From a virus, in the IMG/VR virus record IMGVR_UViG_3300001681_000071, positions 1 through 64,000 of that record: DNA of 64,000 nucleotides. The stretch is one strand, 5' to 3'. This document shows positions 10,031-19,204 of this stretch, piece after piece. The translations under genes and the position numbers were made by a program. Each line of letters starts with the position of its first letter. The first letter of the stretch is position 1. The notes beneath the pieces were generated by a model. It was not told the origin of the DNA and did not search any database. It was given only the letters and a program-made list of their open reading frames with translations.

Positions 10031-10603
10031 ATGGGACCAAGAGTACCACTGTCCGTTGCAAGGAAGCAGCGACAAGAGATAATAGCTCACATAGAGAGCG
10101 CCATTAAAAAAGCGATAGACCTAACGCCAGGGTGTCCGGTAGCTATGGACTTGTATACGCTAAAGGCGTTTGCAATAGCGTTAGCGGAAGCTGACGAATA
10201 CATAGGTGAACTGGAGAGAGCCACGCCACATGAGCCAGCACCTAAGCAAAGCTTGTTGGATAACACCAACGAGTATTACACTAACTACTACAAGTCGTTT
10301 CCCTATAGTGACAGCGAAGTAATAACAGGAAGCTTTCACGGAAGTCGTCTTACGGGATTCCCGGTAGACGAATGGTTACAAGGCTTTGATAATAACTGGT
10401 GGGTAGAGATATATGCTTGCCCATATACAGAAGATAAGCCACCTAAGTGTAAAGACGCCCTACCCAAGAGCGAGGTTAAGTCTTGGAGCCGGAAAGGTAG
10501 TGAATACTCAGAAGAGTATCCTCCGTTGTGGGGGTTTTCAGAGACTCCATGGGTCTTAGGTCCATGTGAGATCATGACCACATTGGGTAATACACTAAGC
10601 TAA
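10031..10603 (+). CDS. hypothetical protein
   Basis: Start moved to the SD-associated ATG. Confidence 0.75.
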   Translation: MGPRVPLSVARKQRQEIIAHIESAIKKAIDLTPGCPVAMDLYTLKAFAIALAEADEYIGELERATPHEPAPKQSLLDNTNEYYTNYYKSFPYSDSEVITGSFHGSRLTGFPVDEWLQGFDNNWWVEIYACPYTEDKPPKCKDALPKSEVKSWSRKGSEYSEEYPPLWGFSETPWVLGPCEIMTTLGNTLS

Positions 10604-10687
10604 GATTATACCTTTGGGGTTAGGTTAAAAACCCCTTTTAATTCTATTTATGCTTTACACTCACAACCCAAACCAAGGAAGATAACC

Positions 10688-11029
10688 ATGACCTACTTTA
10701 CCACCAACGACGGACACACATTGACTGTGTATAGTTCTTTATACATGGACTACGGTCTAACCATAACAAAAGATGGGGAAGAGTTGTTTAGCAATCCCCA
10801 TGTTCTCAGCCACGAAAGCTATGGTAGCAAACCAAGCGAAGATTATGATGACATGGAAGAAGCGGAAGAAGCGTTAGAAAATGGAGATGAAAATGCTATC
10901 GTTCCTTGGGAAGATAGCGATTGGTCTGAGATGCTTGAACTAGAGGCCGACGAACTTATAGAAGCATTTATTGTTAAGGACTTTACAACCACAAACCAAA
11001 CCAACGGAGCTAACCATGAGCAATCATAG
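10688..11029 (+). CDS. highly acidic protein, paralog of 18844..19194
   Basis: Shared DYGL.I...G..L...S.E.YGSKP.E.Y.D..EA...GD..A...W.D.DW...LE.EADEL. Confidence 0.8.
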   Translation: MTYFTTNDGHTLTVYSSLYMDYGLTITKDGEELFSNPHVLSHESYGSKPSEDYDDMEEAEEALENGDENAIVPWEDSDWSEMLELEADELIEAFIVKDFTTTNQTNGANHEQS

Positions 11030-11276
11030 AGCAGTAGTACAATCATTCTTAAAGTCACAACCAGACAGGGGTTGCAACCTTGTCAGTGATGGTAAGGCCG
11101 TAAGATCATACGGTCATTTAGTCATAGCTGAATGGAAAGGAAAAGGTCTTGTAGTTTATAACTACACTTCCAAGAATGGCGGTACGTCGCGAAGTACCTC
11201 CACAACCCGTCACGTTAACATGGTTATGGAAGGAGCCATTGTCAGCGGTAGGGAGTTTACTCTTGTAAACCCGTAG
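11016..11276 (+). CDS. hypothetical protein
   Basis: MSNHRAVV...SYGHLVIAEW...STSTTRHV; SD GGAG. Confidence 0.75.
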   Translation: MSNHRAVVQSFLKSQPDRGCNLVSDGKAVRSYGHLVIAEWKGKGLVVYNYTSKNGGTSRSTSTTRHVNMVMEGAIVSGREFTLVNP

Positions 11277-11360
11277 CATCTACAGGTACGGAGACTTAAC
11301 CAACCTCCTTTTAACATGATTTATACTTTACTTTACCAACCAACCAACAAGGGGGAAACC

Positions 11361-11849
11361 ATGAGAAGTCAACAGAAAGAACAGCCAGAAAAACTAAGGG
11401 AACGTGAGCCTAAGTGTTCTGAGGCCATAAATAACGGACTACAACGGTTAGCAGAAGTACCGGAAGAGGTAATAGCTCTTATGAACTATGACTGTTTTGA
11501 AGATAAAAACTACATTCTTAGCTTCACAGAAAATGTTCTAATTAACCAATTTGAAACCTATGAATATGGAATGGCTGACGATGACCTTAGTGAGATAATG
11601 GGTATCTTAGAGTGGCTATTCATAAATGGCTATAAACAACCTGCCATATCGCTTATCCATCCACTTGGATGGGGAGACTTTACCCTCATAAACTGGGAAA
11701 AAGGACGCTCTTACTTTATTAAGGGAAAGCCAAGCGAAGATAAGGGCTACGATTTGGGTAGAAAGATACCTTGTGAGCCATATAACGTAACATATGGTGA
11801 AGGAGACAATAGCCGAACATACAGTATTAAGTATCACTATTGTCGGTAA
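11361..11849 (+). CDS. hypothetical protein
   Basis: Start moved to the ATG after GGGGGA. Confidence 0.75.
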   Translation: MRSQQKEQPEKLREREPKCSEAINNGLQRLAEVPEEVIALMNYDCFEDKNYILSFTENVLINQFETYEYGMADDDLSEIMGILEWLFINGYKQPAISLIHPLGWGDFTLINWEKGRSYFIKGKPSEDKGYDLGRKIPCEPYNVTYGEGDNSRTYSIKYHYCR

Positions 11850-11973
11850 CAACTTGATGTGATCTTGGGATCTAACCACTCCCCCATTTTAACATGATTT
11901 ATATATTTACCAGTTTAGAACCACTTTCACTCGATGCAGTTAAGTCTGTATCACTAACACCATGGGAGAAACC

Positions 11974-13176
11974 ATGACCACAACCAATCAGATAACTCCG
12001 GTTCGACCAAAACCGGATACAACGCCACCAAGACCTAAGTTAGTCGTAAGCGAAGATACCGTTTCTGGAACTATAGAGCGAGACTATGGCTTAGGTCATA
12101 CTGTTTGCTGGATAACTACCGGGAGATGGATGCCAGACACGGTTAAAGACGCTGCTATCAAGGGAGGTATAGACCAAGACTTGATTGACGATATAGGAGA
12201 AATTCCGGCAAGGACAGCGGCTCTGCGAGCTAAGGACAACTTCAATCGAAAGAACACGAAGAAAGATGTTCCCCGTAAAGCAGAAATTGTCAAAAGCGGA
12301 GGTAACGACCAAGTTGAGGTAGCTATACTCGAAAGAGATAATGAAAACCCCAAAAGACCGTGGAAGTTGACCAACACCGTGTACGTTAACAACGACAAAG
12401 GAACAAAGACTACACCAAACCCTGACTATGGACAGATTATTGGAGCGATAACCCCGGAAGGCTCGGAGTTTGAAGCTATCTACCATAATGAAAAGTCAAC
12501 ACTAACCGGAAACGACATATACACCACCATCATAAAGCCAACTACGGAGCGAGCGAGGCGGATCCCAATGGCGCGTGGTCTTTACTTCATCAGTAAGAAG
12601 TACACAGACAAGGTTGTGAGCCTTAAAGTGCTATGTCGGTTGCTCGGTATCCGATTTAAGTCGTTAACACTTATGAACGACCAGGATACCAAGGAAACGG
12701 TACAGATAGATGCAAGGGAAGAGATAGAAAAGAACATCACCAAGGTTAAGGAAGCACTGAAGGTATGGGAAGGCAAGGATAACATTCAACAACGGAGCCA
12801 GGATAGGGTACTGGAAGAGTTAGCCGAACTACTCTCATTAGCCGAAGAAGTAAGGGTTACGTTAGAAGTCGAAACGGAAGACTTAATTAAGGCAATAGAG
12901 TTAGTAAAGGACAAAGCTGACGATATAATAGATGGAAAGAATAACCTCTACACTCCTGAGCAGTTGGTAGCTTGGCAAGCCTTTCTGAACCCTTCAAACG
13001 CTGACGAAGTAACGTCTAACGGATGCACTTTCATAGTGTCCCGTAAAGATATTCCGGGCTTTAGCGAGGCTGACCACCAATGTTTGATGAAGCTTGACCA
13101 TTACATGTTCGCCCTTGATGATCTTGATGGCGAAGGCAATAATTTGATTATGGTTCAAGATTGTAAGGAGATTTGA
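11974..13176 (+). CDS. DUF6744/DUF3150-like protein (MoxR/VWA-associated)
   Basis: LGHTVCW...P.RTAALRA, helical C-terminus, near an AAA+VWA pair; family assignment from memory. Confidence 0.5.
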   Translation: MTTTNQITPVRPKPDTTPPRPKLVVSEDTVSGTIERDYGLGHTVCWITTGRWMPDTVKDAAIKGGIDQDLIDDIGEIPARTAALRAKDNFNRKNTKKDVPRKAEIVKSGGNDQVEVAILERDNENPKRPWKLTNTVYVNNDKGTKTTPNPDYGQIIGAITPEGSEFEAIYHNEKSTLTGNDIYTTIIKPTTERARRIPMARGLYFISKKYTDKVVSLKVLCRLLGIRFKSLTLMNDQDTKETVQIDAREEIEKNITKVKEALKVWEGKDNIQQRSQDRVLEELAELLSLAEEVRVTLEVETEDLIKAIELVKDKADDIIDGKNNLYTPEQLVAWQAFLNPSNADEVTSNGCTFIVSRKDIPGFSEADHQCLMKLDHYMFALDDLDGEGNNLIMVQDCKEI

Positions 13177-13177
13177 G

Positions 13178-13849
13178 ATGAAAATAGACCACTTCGCAAA
13201 GATTAATACTGGCGTTCAAATAAGAACCGAGGAAGATGTTATTGATGTTTCCAGAGGTACGTTTAGGTGGCTGTGTGGTGTTAACACCGACAATAGCTCG
13301 CCAACAAACATTGCTTTTGTAAGCACTCCCGCTACATACGACCTATGTTTGGTTGACGACCCAGATAACTTACACCATGACTCTTCTTTCCGGCTAATGG
13401 GAAAGCTACACTTCGCAGCCTTTCTGATTGGTGTGGAAACAGCCGATTATGTTATGATTATGGACAAAGGATCAACCGGAGAACTATTAGAAGAAACTCC
13501 GGATCTTTATGTAAAGGCTATAAGGTATGGCAAAATGGAGGCGGGTCCATTCTTAATAGAAGAGAGCGTTGAAGAAGTGACGGTAGGTGTATTGTTTAAT
13601 AAGGATGGGCCTATTTGGCTGGGATCCTTTGGTAGACAGTTCACCAAGTTTGTAACGCCAAAAGTTAAAAACTGGGTAGGGTCGAACGGATTAAACTTTA
13701 TGAAGTTTATAGATAAAAAGGAATTTCGCAGCTTAGATGAGTATTTTCATGAGTTTGATAAAGAATCCTTAACAGAAAGACCGGAAGACCTTGAGTTCTG
13801 TTCTCTTGTAAACAGAGCCCGTAAATTTGCTTGTTCTGATCTTAATTGA
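13178..13849 (+). CDS. hypothetical protein
   Basis: 223-aa ORF coupled to the upstream gene. Confidence 0.8.
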   Translation: MKIDHFAKINTGVQIRTEEDVIDVSRGTFRWLCGVNTDNSSPTNIAFVSTPATYDLCLVDDPDNLHHDSSFRLMGKLHFAAFLIGVETADYVMIMDKGSTGELLEETPDLYVKAIRYGKMEAGPFLIEESVEEVTVGVLFNKDGPIWLGSFGRQFTKFVTPKVKNWVGSNGLNFMKFIDKKEFRSLDEYFHEFDKESLTERPEDLEFCSLVNRARKFACSDLN

Positions 13850-14007
13850 TCCACACCTTGGGGGAGGTATATATCCCCCGCTTTAACTATGATTTACTAT
13901 AATGCTATTTATACAATATGTAGAACTAAATAGAAGTTCCACGCACAGACATTTTTCAACCGGGATATTTTTCCCAATCAACCAACCAACCAAAACCGGA
14001 TAAAACC

Positions 14008-15222
14008 ATGGAACCCTTAGCGATAGCTACAACCTCTCAACCCAATAAGGGTGAGGATATAGATAAAGCCATACAGAGATACAATGGCTTTCAAGACGCT
14101 CTTAATGACGCCTTCTTAGAGATGGAAGACGAAGTTAGAGCAATACTCATTGGACTTATATCGAAGCACAACGTGTGGCTTATAGGTCCACCGGGAACAT
14201 CGAAGTCATTGTTGGTAGAAGTTATAAGCCAAGCAATGTTGGATGAAAAAGACCTTCCTATGGGCTTCTTCCAGTATTTGATAAACCGCTACACTACCCC
14301 TGATGAGCTTCTGGGACACTTCTCCTTGAAGAAGCTAAAGGAAGACGACCTCCAGGTGAGGCGCGTGGCTGGGAAGTTACCAGAGGCGATCTTCGCGTTC
14401 TTGGATGAGTGGGAAAAGGGTAACTCTGGAACCCAAAACTCATTGCTTACAATGATGAATGAAAGAAAGTACGATGTAGGTGACGGTACGCGAAAGAAAG
14501 CACCGTTAGAGATAGTAGTTGGAGCCAGTAACGGATACCTAAAGAGCCCAGAACTTGCCGCATTGTGTGATAGGTGGATGTTTCGTGTCGAAACCGGCTA
14601 TATCGTACAAGATAAGAACTGGGATAGGCTACTATTTGATAAGGACATTGGAAAGACTACATCGACCATTAAGTGGAGCGATATTCTCTTAATCCGTGAA
14701 CGCGCAGATAATGTAGACCTTAGTGGTCTAAGACAAGTTCTCCATGACATTCGACAAGAGCTAAGTGAACGTAGGATAGTGGTATCTGACCGACGTTGGC
14801 GAAACATTCCGCCAATTCTCAGAGCAGAAGCCGCAGTTAACGGTAGAACGAAAGCGATTGATAGTGATTGTGGTATTTTACGCCACGTTCTATGGTCTAC
14901 ACAAGAGCAGAAAAATGTGGTCTCTCAAATCATCAACAAACTATGTAACTCCGAGATGAACAAAGCCACGGAAGTCAAGGCGTTAGCTGATGGTATCTAT
15001 CAACAGCACATTGAGATGAAAAGCTCTGGCGTAACAGACTTGAACGAATGGAAGAAGATTAAAGGAGGAATAGAAGACCTATATGATGATTCACAGAGGT
15101 TAGATGCTACAGATAAGCAGATAATAGTGATCACAGATAGGATTAAAACCCAAGTTGAAGAGATCAAAGATCATTTCCGGTTCCTTGTTTATGGCAAGAA
15201 GCGCAACGGTCTTAGGAGGTAA
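14008..15222 (+). CDS. MoxR/RavA-family AAA+ ATPase
   Basis: Walker A GPPGTSKS, FFQYLINRYTTPDELLG, Walker B FLDE, NSLLTMMNER, GASN, ALCDR, VSDRRW. Confidence 0.9.
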   Translation: MEPLAIATTSQPNKGEDIDKAIQRYNGFQDALNDAFLEMEDEVRAILIGLISKHNVWLIGPPGTSKSLLVEVISQAMLDEKDLPMGFFQYLINRYTTPDELLGHFSLKKLKEDDLQVRRVAGKLPEAIFAFLDEWEKGNSGTQNSLLTMMNERKYDVGDGTRKKAPLEIVVGASNGYLKSPELAALCDRWMFRVETGYIVQDKNWDRLLFDKDIGKTTSTIKWSDILLIRERADNVDLSGLRQVLHDIRQELSERRIVVSDRRWRNIPPILRAEAAVNGRTKAIDSDCGILRHVLWSTQEQKNVVSQIINKLCNSEMNKATEVKALADGIYQQHIEMKSSGVTDLNEWKKIKGGIEDLYDDSQRLDATDKQIIVITDRIKTQVEEIKDHFRFLVYGKKRNGLRR

Positions 15223-15224
15223 TT

Positions 15225-16883
15225 ATGTATAAACCAACACAGCTATTGAGAGTTAAAAAAGATAAAGACCCAAACCTAGCTTATCAAACTAGCCGAATGA
15301 GTAATTTTAGGTTTAGTGTGAGATGTGCTTACCGTGGAAACTCACAGTTATCGGAGGCGGTTGACGGGTTTGTTGATTGTATAGAGAGTGGCGAAGACTA
15401 CTCTGATCCAACTAACAACCCAGATACTTATAGCCAGGAGACTCCCAGAACCCATGCAGAACAGTTTGGCAAAGAACTGTTCAACCAGATGTTAGAGAAC
15501 CCTGACCCGGTAGGCGATGATGACGGGGAACAATGGGCAAAAGACGCAATGGGTGTAATAAATGAACTAACTTCATTCAAAGACCTGAAATACACCGTGA
15601 AGGGTGACGCTGACTTCTCAGCACTTGCGACTGCTCAACTCTTGCATGAAGGGAAAGAGTCTATAAGCGAACTGCGAAGGCAACAAAAGGAAGAAGAGAA
15701 TGAAGAACAACCACCTGATCCTAACGGCCCTCCGGGTGGAGGAGGTGGCGAAGGCGATGATAGCGGAGAAGGCGAAGACGCTCCAGATGGAAAAGGAAAG
15801 CCCAAAGAAGATAGCAAGCAACAAGAAGATAAGAAAGAACGCCAGAAGCAACGTGAGAAGGAAAGGGAGAGGTCAAAAGATAAACTGCGCTCTAAGGTCT
15901 TTAAGAAAGTAAAGGAAATCAATGAAGACTTTGAGGATGCTATGTCCTGTATGTCTACCATCCCAGGAATGGAGGACGGAGATATTCTTAACGGAGAAGA
16001 TTCCGCTAAACGAATGGAGATAGCCAAAAGACTTCTTAACGACAAACGCTTCCGCGCCATTATGGACATGGCGGGTCGTATGGAGATAGTTAGCTCCGGT
16101 GTTCCTTTAATGTCAAAAATGGCTAAAGAGAAAGTTGTTGGAGTGGAGACAGGAAACGATCTTCCATTCGTTCTTAATAGCGAGATAGGAAACTTAGCTG
16201 ATCCAGAGACAGAGGACATATTCTACAATCGCTTCATAAGGTCAGAATTGCTTCAATATGAAATGGAAGGAGAAGACACTAAGGGGAAAGGTCCGTTGGT
16301 GGTCATGCTCGATGCTTCCAGTAGTATGCGGGGGCGTCGTAATGAATTCACTCAGGGTATGGCTGCTGCCATACTAAGTAGCTGCTATAAAGAAAAGCGA
16401 ACAGTTATCTTCGCTGACTTCAATTACAGTGTCAAAGCTATCTATTCGTATAATGGAGATACAGGGTATTGCAACGTTGGTAATAGTAACTTTGCGAACG
16501 TTAAAACAACCGATTGTATAACGCTTATTGAAAAGCTATTATCGCGTGGTTGTAGTGGTGGTACGTCCTTTGATTCCGCACTTGTATGGGCAATGGCTAA
16601 CTCAGCTTGGGATGGCTGCGATAAAGACAGTGGCCCAGATATAATCATGCTAACTGATGGAGATTGCCATATCTCCACAAGTACAAGTGAGAAAGCTAAC
16701 GAAATAAAAGAAGAAAACGGAGTACGCTTTTGGGGAATACTTGTAGACCCAAGCCTTAGAGGTAACGATATACCAGATGAATTCTGTAAGGTTTTCAATC
16801 ACAGCGTAATAGTTGATACCAGTAATATTGAACAGGGTATTGGAGCTATAGGCGAACTGATAGGCAAAGCGAACGATAGATAA
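15225..16883 (+). CDS. VWA-domain protein (ViaA/CoxE-like)
   Basis: MIDAS DASSSM, GGTSF, LTDG; acidic Gly-rich linker; adjacent to the MoxR ATPase. Confidence 0.88.
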   Translation: MYKPTQLLRVKKDKDPNLAYQTSRMSNFRFSVRCAYRGNSQLSEAVDGFVDCIESGEDYSDPTNNPDTYSQETPRTHAEQFGKELFNQMLENPDPVGDDDGEQWAKDAMGVINELTSFKDLKYTVKGDADFSALATAQLLHEGKESISELRRQQKEEENEEQPPDPNGPPGGGGGEGDDSGEGEDAPDGKGKPKEDSKQQEDKKERQKQREKERERSKDKLRSKVFKKVKEINEDFEDAMSCMSTIPGMEDGDILNGEDSAKRMEIAKRLLNDKRFRAIMDMAGRMEIVSSGVPLMSKMAKEKVVGVETGNDLPFVLNSEIGNLADPETEDIFYNRFIRSELLQYEMEGEDTKGKGPLVVMLDASSSMRGRRNEFTQGMAAAILSSCYKEKRTVIFADFNYSVKAIYSYNGDTGYCNVGNSNFANVKTTDCITLIEKLLSRGCSGGTSFDSALVWAMANSAWDGCDKDSGPDIIMLTDGDCHISTSTSEKANEIKEENGVRFWGILVDPSLRGNDIPDEFCKVFNHSVIVDTSNIEQGIGAIGELIGKANDR

Positions 16884-16910
16884 CTAACCAACAAACCAGA
16901 AGGAAAACCA

Positions 16911-17549
16911 ATGCGACCAACAACAATAGATAAAACATTAGCCGAAAAGAAGGTGGGCATGTTGTGGTGTGACCACGGCAAGCACGAATTCAGCGACTAT
17001 GCGTCATTTGAAATAGACGAAAGCATCTCTCCTAACCATATTATATGCTTTGAATGTAGCAGGGTTATTGCCAATGAAGAGGTGATGCCCAAACGAACGA
17101 AAGACATAGCCCTCTCAGAAGAGCTATGGATACCTGTAGAAGAGGTGGATGAAGCCTTAGCTTTCTTTTACGAAGAAAACCCCAACCATAGCAGAGAATA
17201 TGAGGAAGCTGATTGGGATAGTAGCTGCATAGAAGTAGCTATGGAACAAGACCTCGACGTATGCAATCTGGTTAGCAACGAAACCGTAATCTATTACCGA
17301 GATATGGGTAATGGCGGTGGGCTTACAGAAGATGAGATGGTGGAAAAGATAGTAGAACACTTGGAGTTCGATATAAAAAGACCACCACACACTGTAGATT
17401 TAGTATCTATGGAGATTGGTGCGGAGTCTGAGATAGTTTCAGCAGATAAATACGCTATCGTTACGATAACTTGTTCGCTTGATAAGGATTTGAAAGACTT
17501 CCACACTAAGTTGGTTCAAATGGTTCGCGAACGAAGGAGTCAATTGTAA
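16911..17549 (+). CDS. acidic hypothetical protein
   Basis: 212-aa ORF, SD GAAGGA. Confidence 0.75.
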   Translation: MRPTTIDKTLAEKKVGMLWCDHGKHEFSDYASFEIDESISPNHIICFECSRVIANEEVMPKRTKDIALSEELWIPVEEVDEALAFFYEENPNHSREYEEADWDSSCIEVAMEQDLDVCNLVSNETVIYYRDMGNGGGLTEDEMVEKIVEHLEFDIKRPPHTVDLVSMEIGAESEIVSADKYAIVTITCSLDKDLKDFHTKLVQMVRERRSQL

Positions 17550-17674
17550 TGGAAGACATTCTTTTTGAAGACGTAGGCAGAATGGCCCTATTGATTGGCT
17601 TCATGTTCTTAATTGGATATGTTTGTCAAGAGATATACAGAAAATTCAATCCTTGGGAAGAGGAAGACCTATGA
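17549..17674 (+). CDS. small membrane peptide (41 aa), not in the ORF track
   Basis: MEDILFEDVGRMALLIGFMFLIGYVCQEIYRKFNPWEEEDL; TAATG and ATGA overlaps with both neighbours. Confidence 0.6.
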   Translation: MEDILFEDVGRMALLIGFMFLIGYVCQEIYRKFNPWEEEDL

Positions 17675-18228
17675 ACTTCGATATATTTAAGATAGCTGAT
17701 GAGTATCACACGAAGCATAAGATACCACAGCACAAGACAAGACCTAAGACATGGAATTTCAACATAGATGACCTTATAGAGTTTCACTCAGAGAAGGATG
17801 AGTATAAAGAACTGGTAAAGCATCTAAAATCCACACAGAAGAAAGATAAAGAACAAAAAACGCTAATAGCTTGCCCATCGGACAATAAGATTCATGGTCT
17901 TTTGAATGAAAGCACAGGATCATGTTTATGGATATTCGGTCCACAGTGGTATATTGAAAACGCCAATCTTGGTTATTTATTCGACGTTAAGCTCTTCACA
18001 AAGACCAAAACCGTAAAGAAGAAGAAGGCTAACGTCAAAATGGTAGCCGCTATCTTCATAGCCGGGATTAAGGGCCGCGAAGTAGCACATGTTCTTAGTT
18101 TTGAAGCCGCTAACCCAGGAAGCAGCTTGAACTCAGTCAGGAGATTTGGTGTTAGCGACACATTTAAAACAAAAAAGCGAACATGTGTTGGAACTGACGC
18201 AGCACACACCTATTGGCATAGCCTATAA
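17671..18228 (+). CDS. hypothetical protein
   Basis: Start moved to MNFDIF with SD GAGGA. Confidence 0.75.
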   Translation: MNFDIFKIADEYHTKHKIPQHKTRPKTWNFNIDDLIEFHSEKDEYKELVKHLKSTQKKDKEQKTLIACPSDNKIHGLLNESTGSCLWIFGPQWYIENANLGYLFDVKLFTKTKTVKKKKANVKMVAAIFIAGIKGREVAHVLSFEAANPGSSLNSVRRFGVSDTFKTKKRTCVGTDAAHTYWHSL

Positions 18229-18238
18229 AGGAAGTAAA

Positions 18239-18847
18239 ATGAACACAACCGAACCAGAAGTAAAAGTATTGAACCATCCAGTAGAACCATATCTTTTCAA
18301 GGTGACAATAGACTACGGGAGCCATACCGACGATGTTAGCGGCTGGGTAGACCAGAGCCAACTTAACAACCTCATTGAATTGGGGAATATATTTATAAAC
18401 AACGAAAGGTTCAAAGAAGACAAACCTAAGCCCGGAGCTATGTCTTCCCATTCATTCAATTTTGCAAACGAGATAACCAGAGAATCTTTCTTATTGGTTC
18501 TTCCGGAGCTATCTATATTAGACTCGAAGAAGGCGAGAGAGATTATACTTAACGAAGTAGAAAACTCGTTGGTTAGAGCCGGTTGGAAAAGAAGTCACGT
18601 TAAAAGAAAAGATAATGATTATGGTCAACCAATGCGGGGATGGAAGATAGGTAAAGCATTACCGCAAAAGTGTGTGGTATTTAGGTGTAGACATAGCAAG
18701 CGCAAGCATCCACCAAAGCCACCCCATACCTTATCTTCACCAAGCATAACACAGCACTCCTGTACAGAGATAGTGGTTTCACACTTAGCGTGGCCTTACC
18801 TTATGGAAGCTATGAAAGAATTATCCAAACGTGTGCTCTCGCTATGA
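18239..18847 (+). CDS. hypothetical protein
   Basis: Start at MNTTEP with SD AAGGA. Confidence 0.75.
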   Translation: MNTTEPEVKVLNHPVEPYLFKVTIDYGSHTDDVSGWVDQSQLNNLIELGNIFINNERFKEDKPKPGAMSSHSFNFANEITRESFLLVLPELSILDSKKAREIILNEVENSLVRAGWKRSHVKRKDNDYGQPMRGWKIGKALPQKCVVFRCRHSKRKHPPKPPHTLSSPSITQHSCTEIVVSHLAWPYLMEAMKELSKRVLSL

Positions 18848-19194
18848 GCGTTTATGCCACTAAGGATGGTTTTATTTTGACCGTGACCAAGGGTGATGTT
18901 GATTATGGCTTGCGTATAGAGGACTCAAACGGTGTGACTCTCTATTTTTCGTCTGTTGCTTTTTCTTCTGAGGAATATGGCAGTAAACCAGCGGAACGGT
19001 ACGAAGATTACGATGAGGCCGATATGGCTTATTTGGATGGGGATAAAGATGCTTTTATTGAGTGGGATGATGAGGATTGGGAACAAGTATTAGAAGACGA
19101 GGCAGATGAACTTCTTAATAGATTAGCCGGTATAGACGGTGGCGTTATTGAGAGAACGGACAACCCTATAAGGACAGTTATTTCAAGATTATAA
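18844..19194 (+). CDS. highly acidic protein, paralog of 10688..11029
   Basis: ATGA overlap; shared YGSKP...W.D.DW...LE.EADEL motif. Confidence 0.8.
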   Translation: MSVYATKDGFILTVTKGDVDYGLRIEDSNGVTLYFSSVAFSSEEYGSKPAERYEDYDEADMAYLDGDKDAFIEWDDEDWEQVLEDEADELLNRLAGIDGGVIERTDNPIRTVISRL

Positions 19195-19204
19195 GGAAGC
19201 AACC

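Larger units (their letters stand above)
5375..13897 (+). repeat. family of ~14 dispersed intergenic elements (hairpin + conserved box + AC-rich leader + SD)
   Basis: Copies start at ~5375, 5868, 6434, 6689, 6967, 7909, 8348, 8927, 9366, 9943, 10616, 11290, 11867, 13860. Each is a GC stem-loop just after a stop codon, then TTTT(A/C)A-(c/g)ATGATTTA or -yTCTATTTA, then T(A/G)CTTTAC, then AACC-rich leader and GGAAGGA/GAGGA...ATG. Confidence 0.92.

Noticed and set aside
5382-11360. ORF-track starts at the ATG inside the repeat box (MIY... extensions)
   Set aside because: The box ATG is in frame with the downstream gene in only some copies and lacks an SD; the downstream SD-led ATG is preferred
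5369-13900. Repeats interpreted as a CRISPR array or integron attC sites
   Set aside because: The spacers are whole genes of variable length and the repeats are degenerate. There are no cas genes, no RYYYAAC/GTTRRRY attC boxes and no integrase in the window
5369-13900. Box read as a Bacteroidota TAnnTTTG promoter
   Set aside because: Copies end in TTTAC rather than TTTG, spacing varies, and strong SD use argues against that host group
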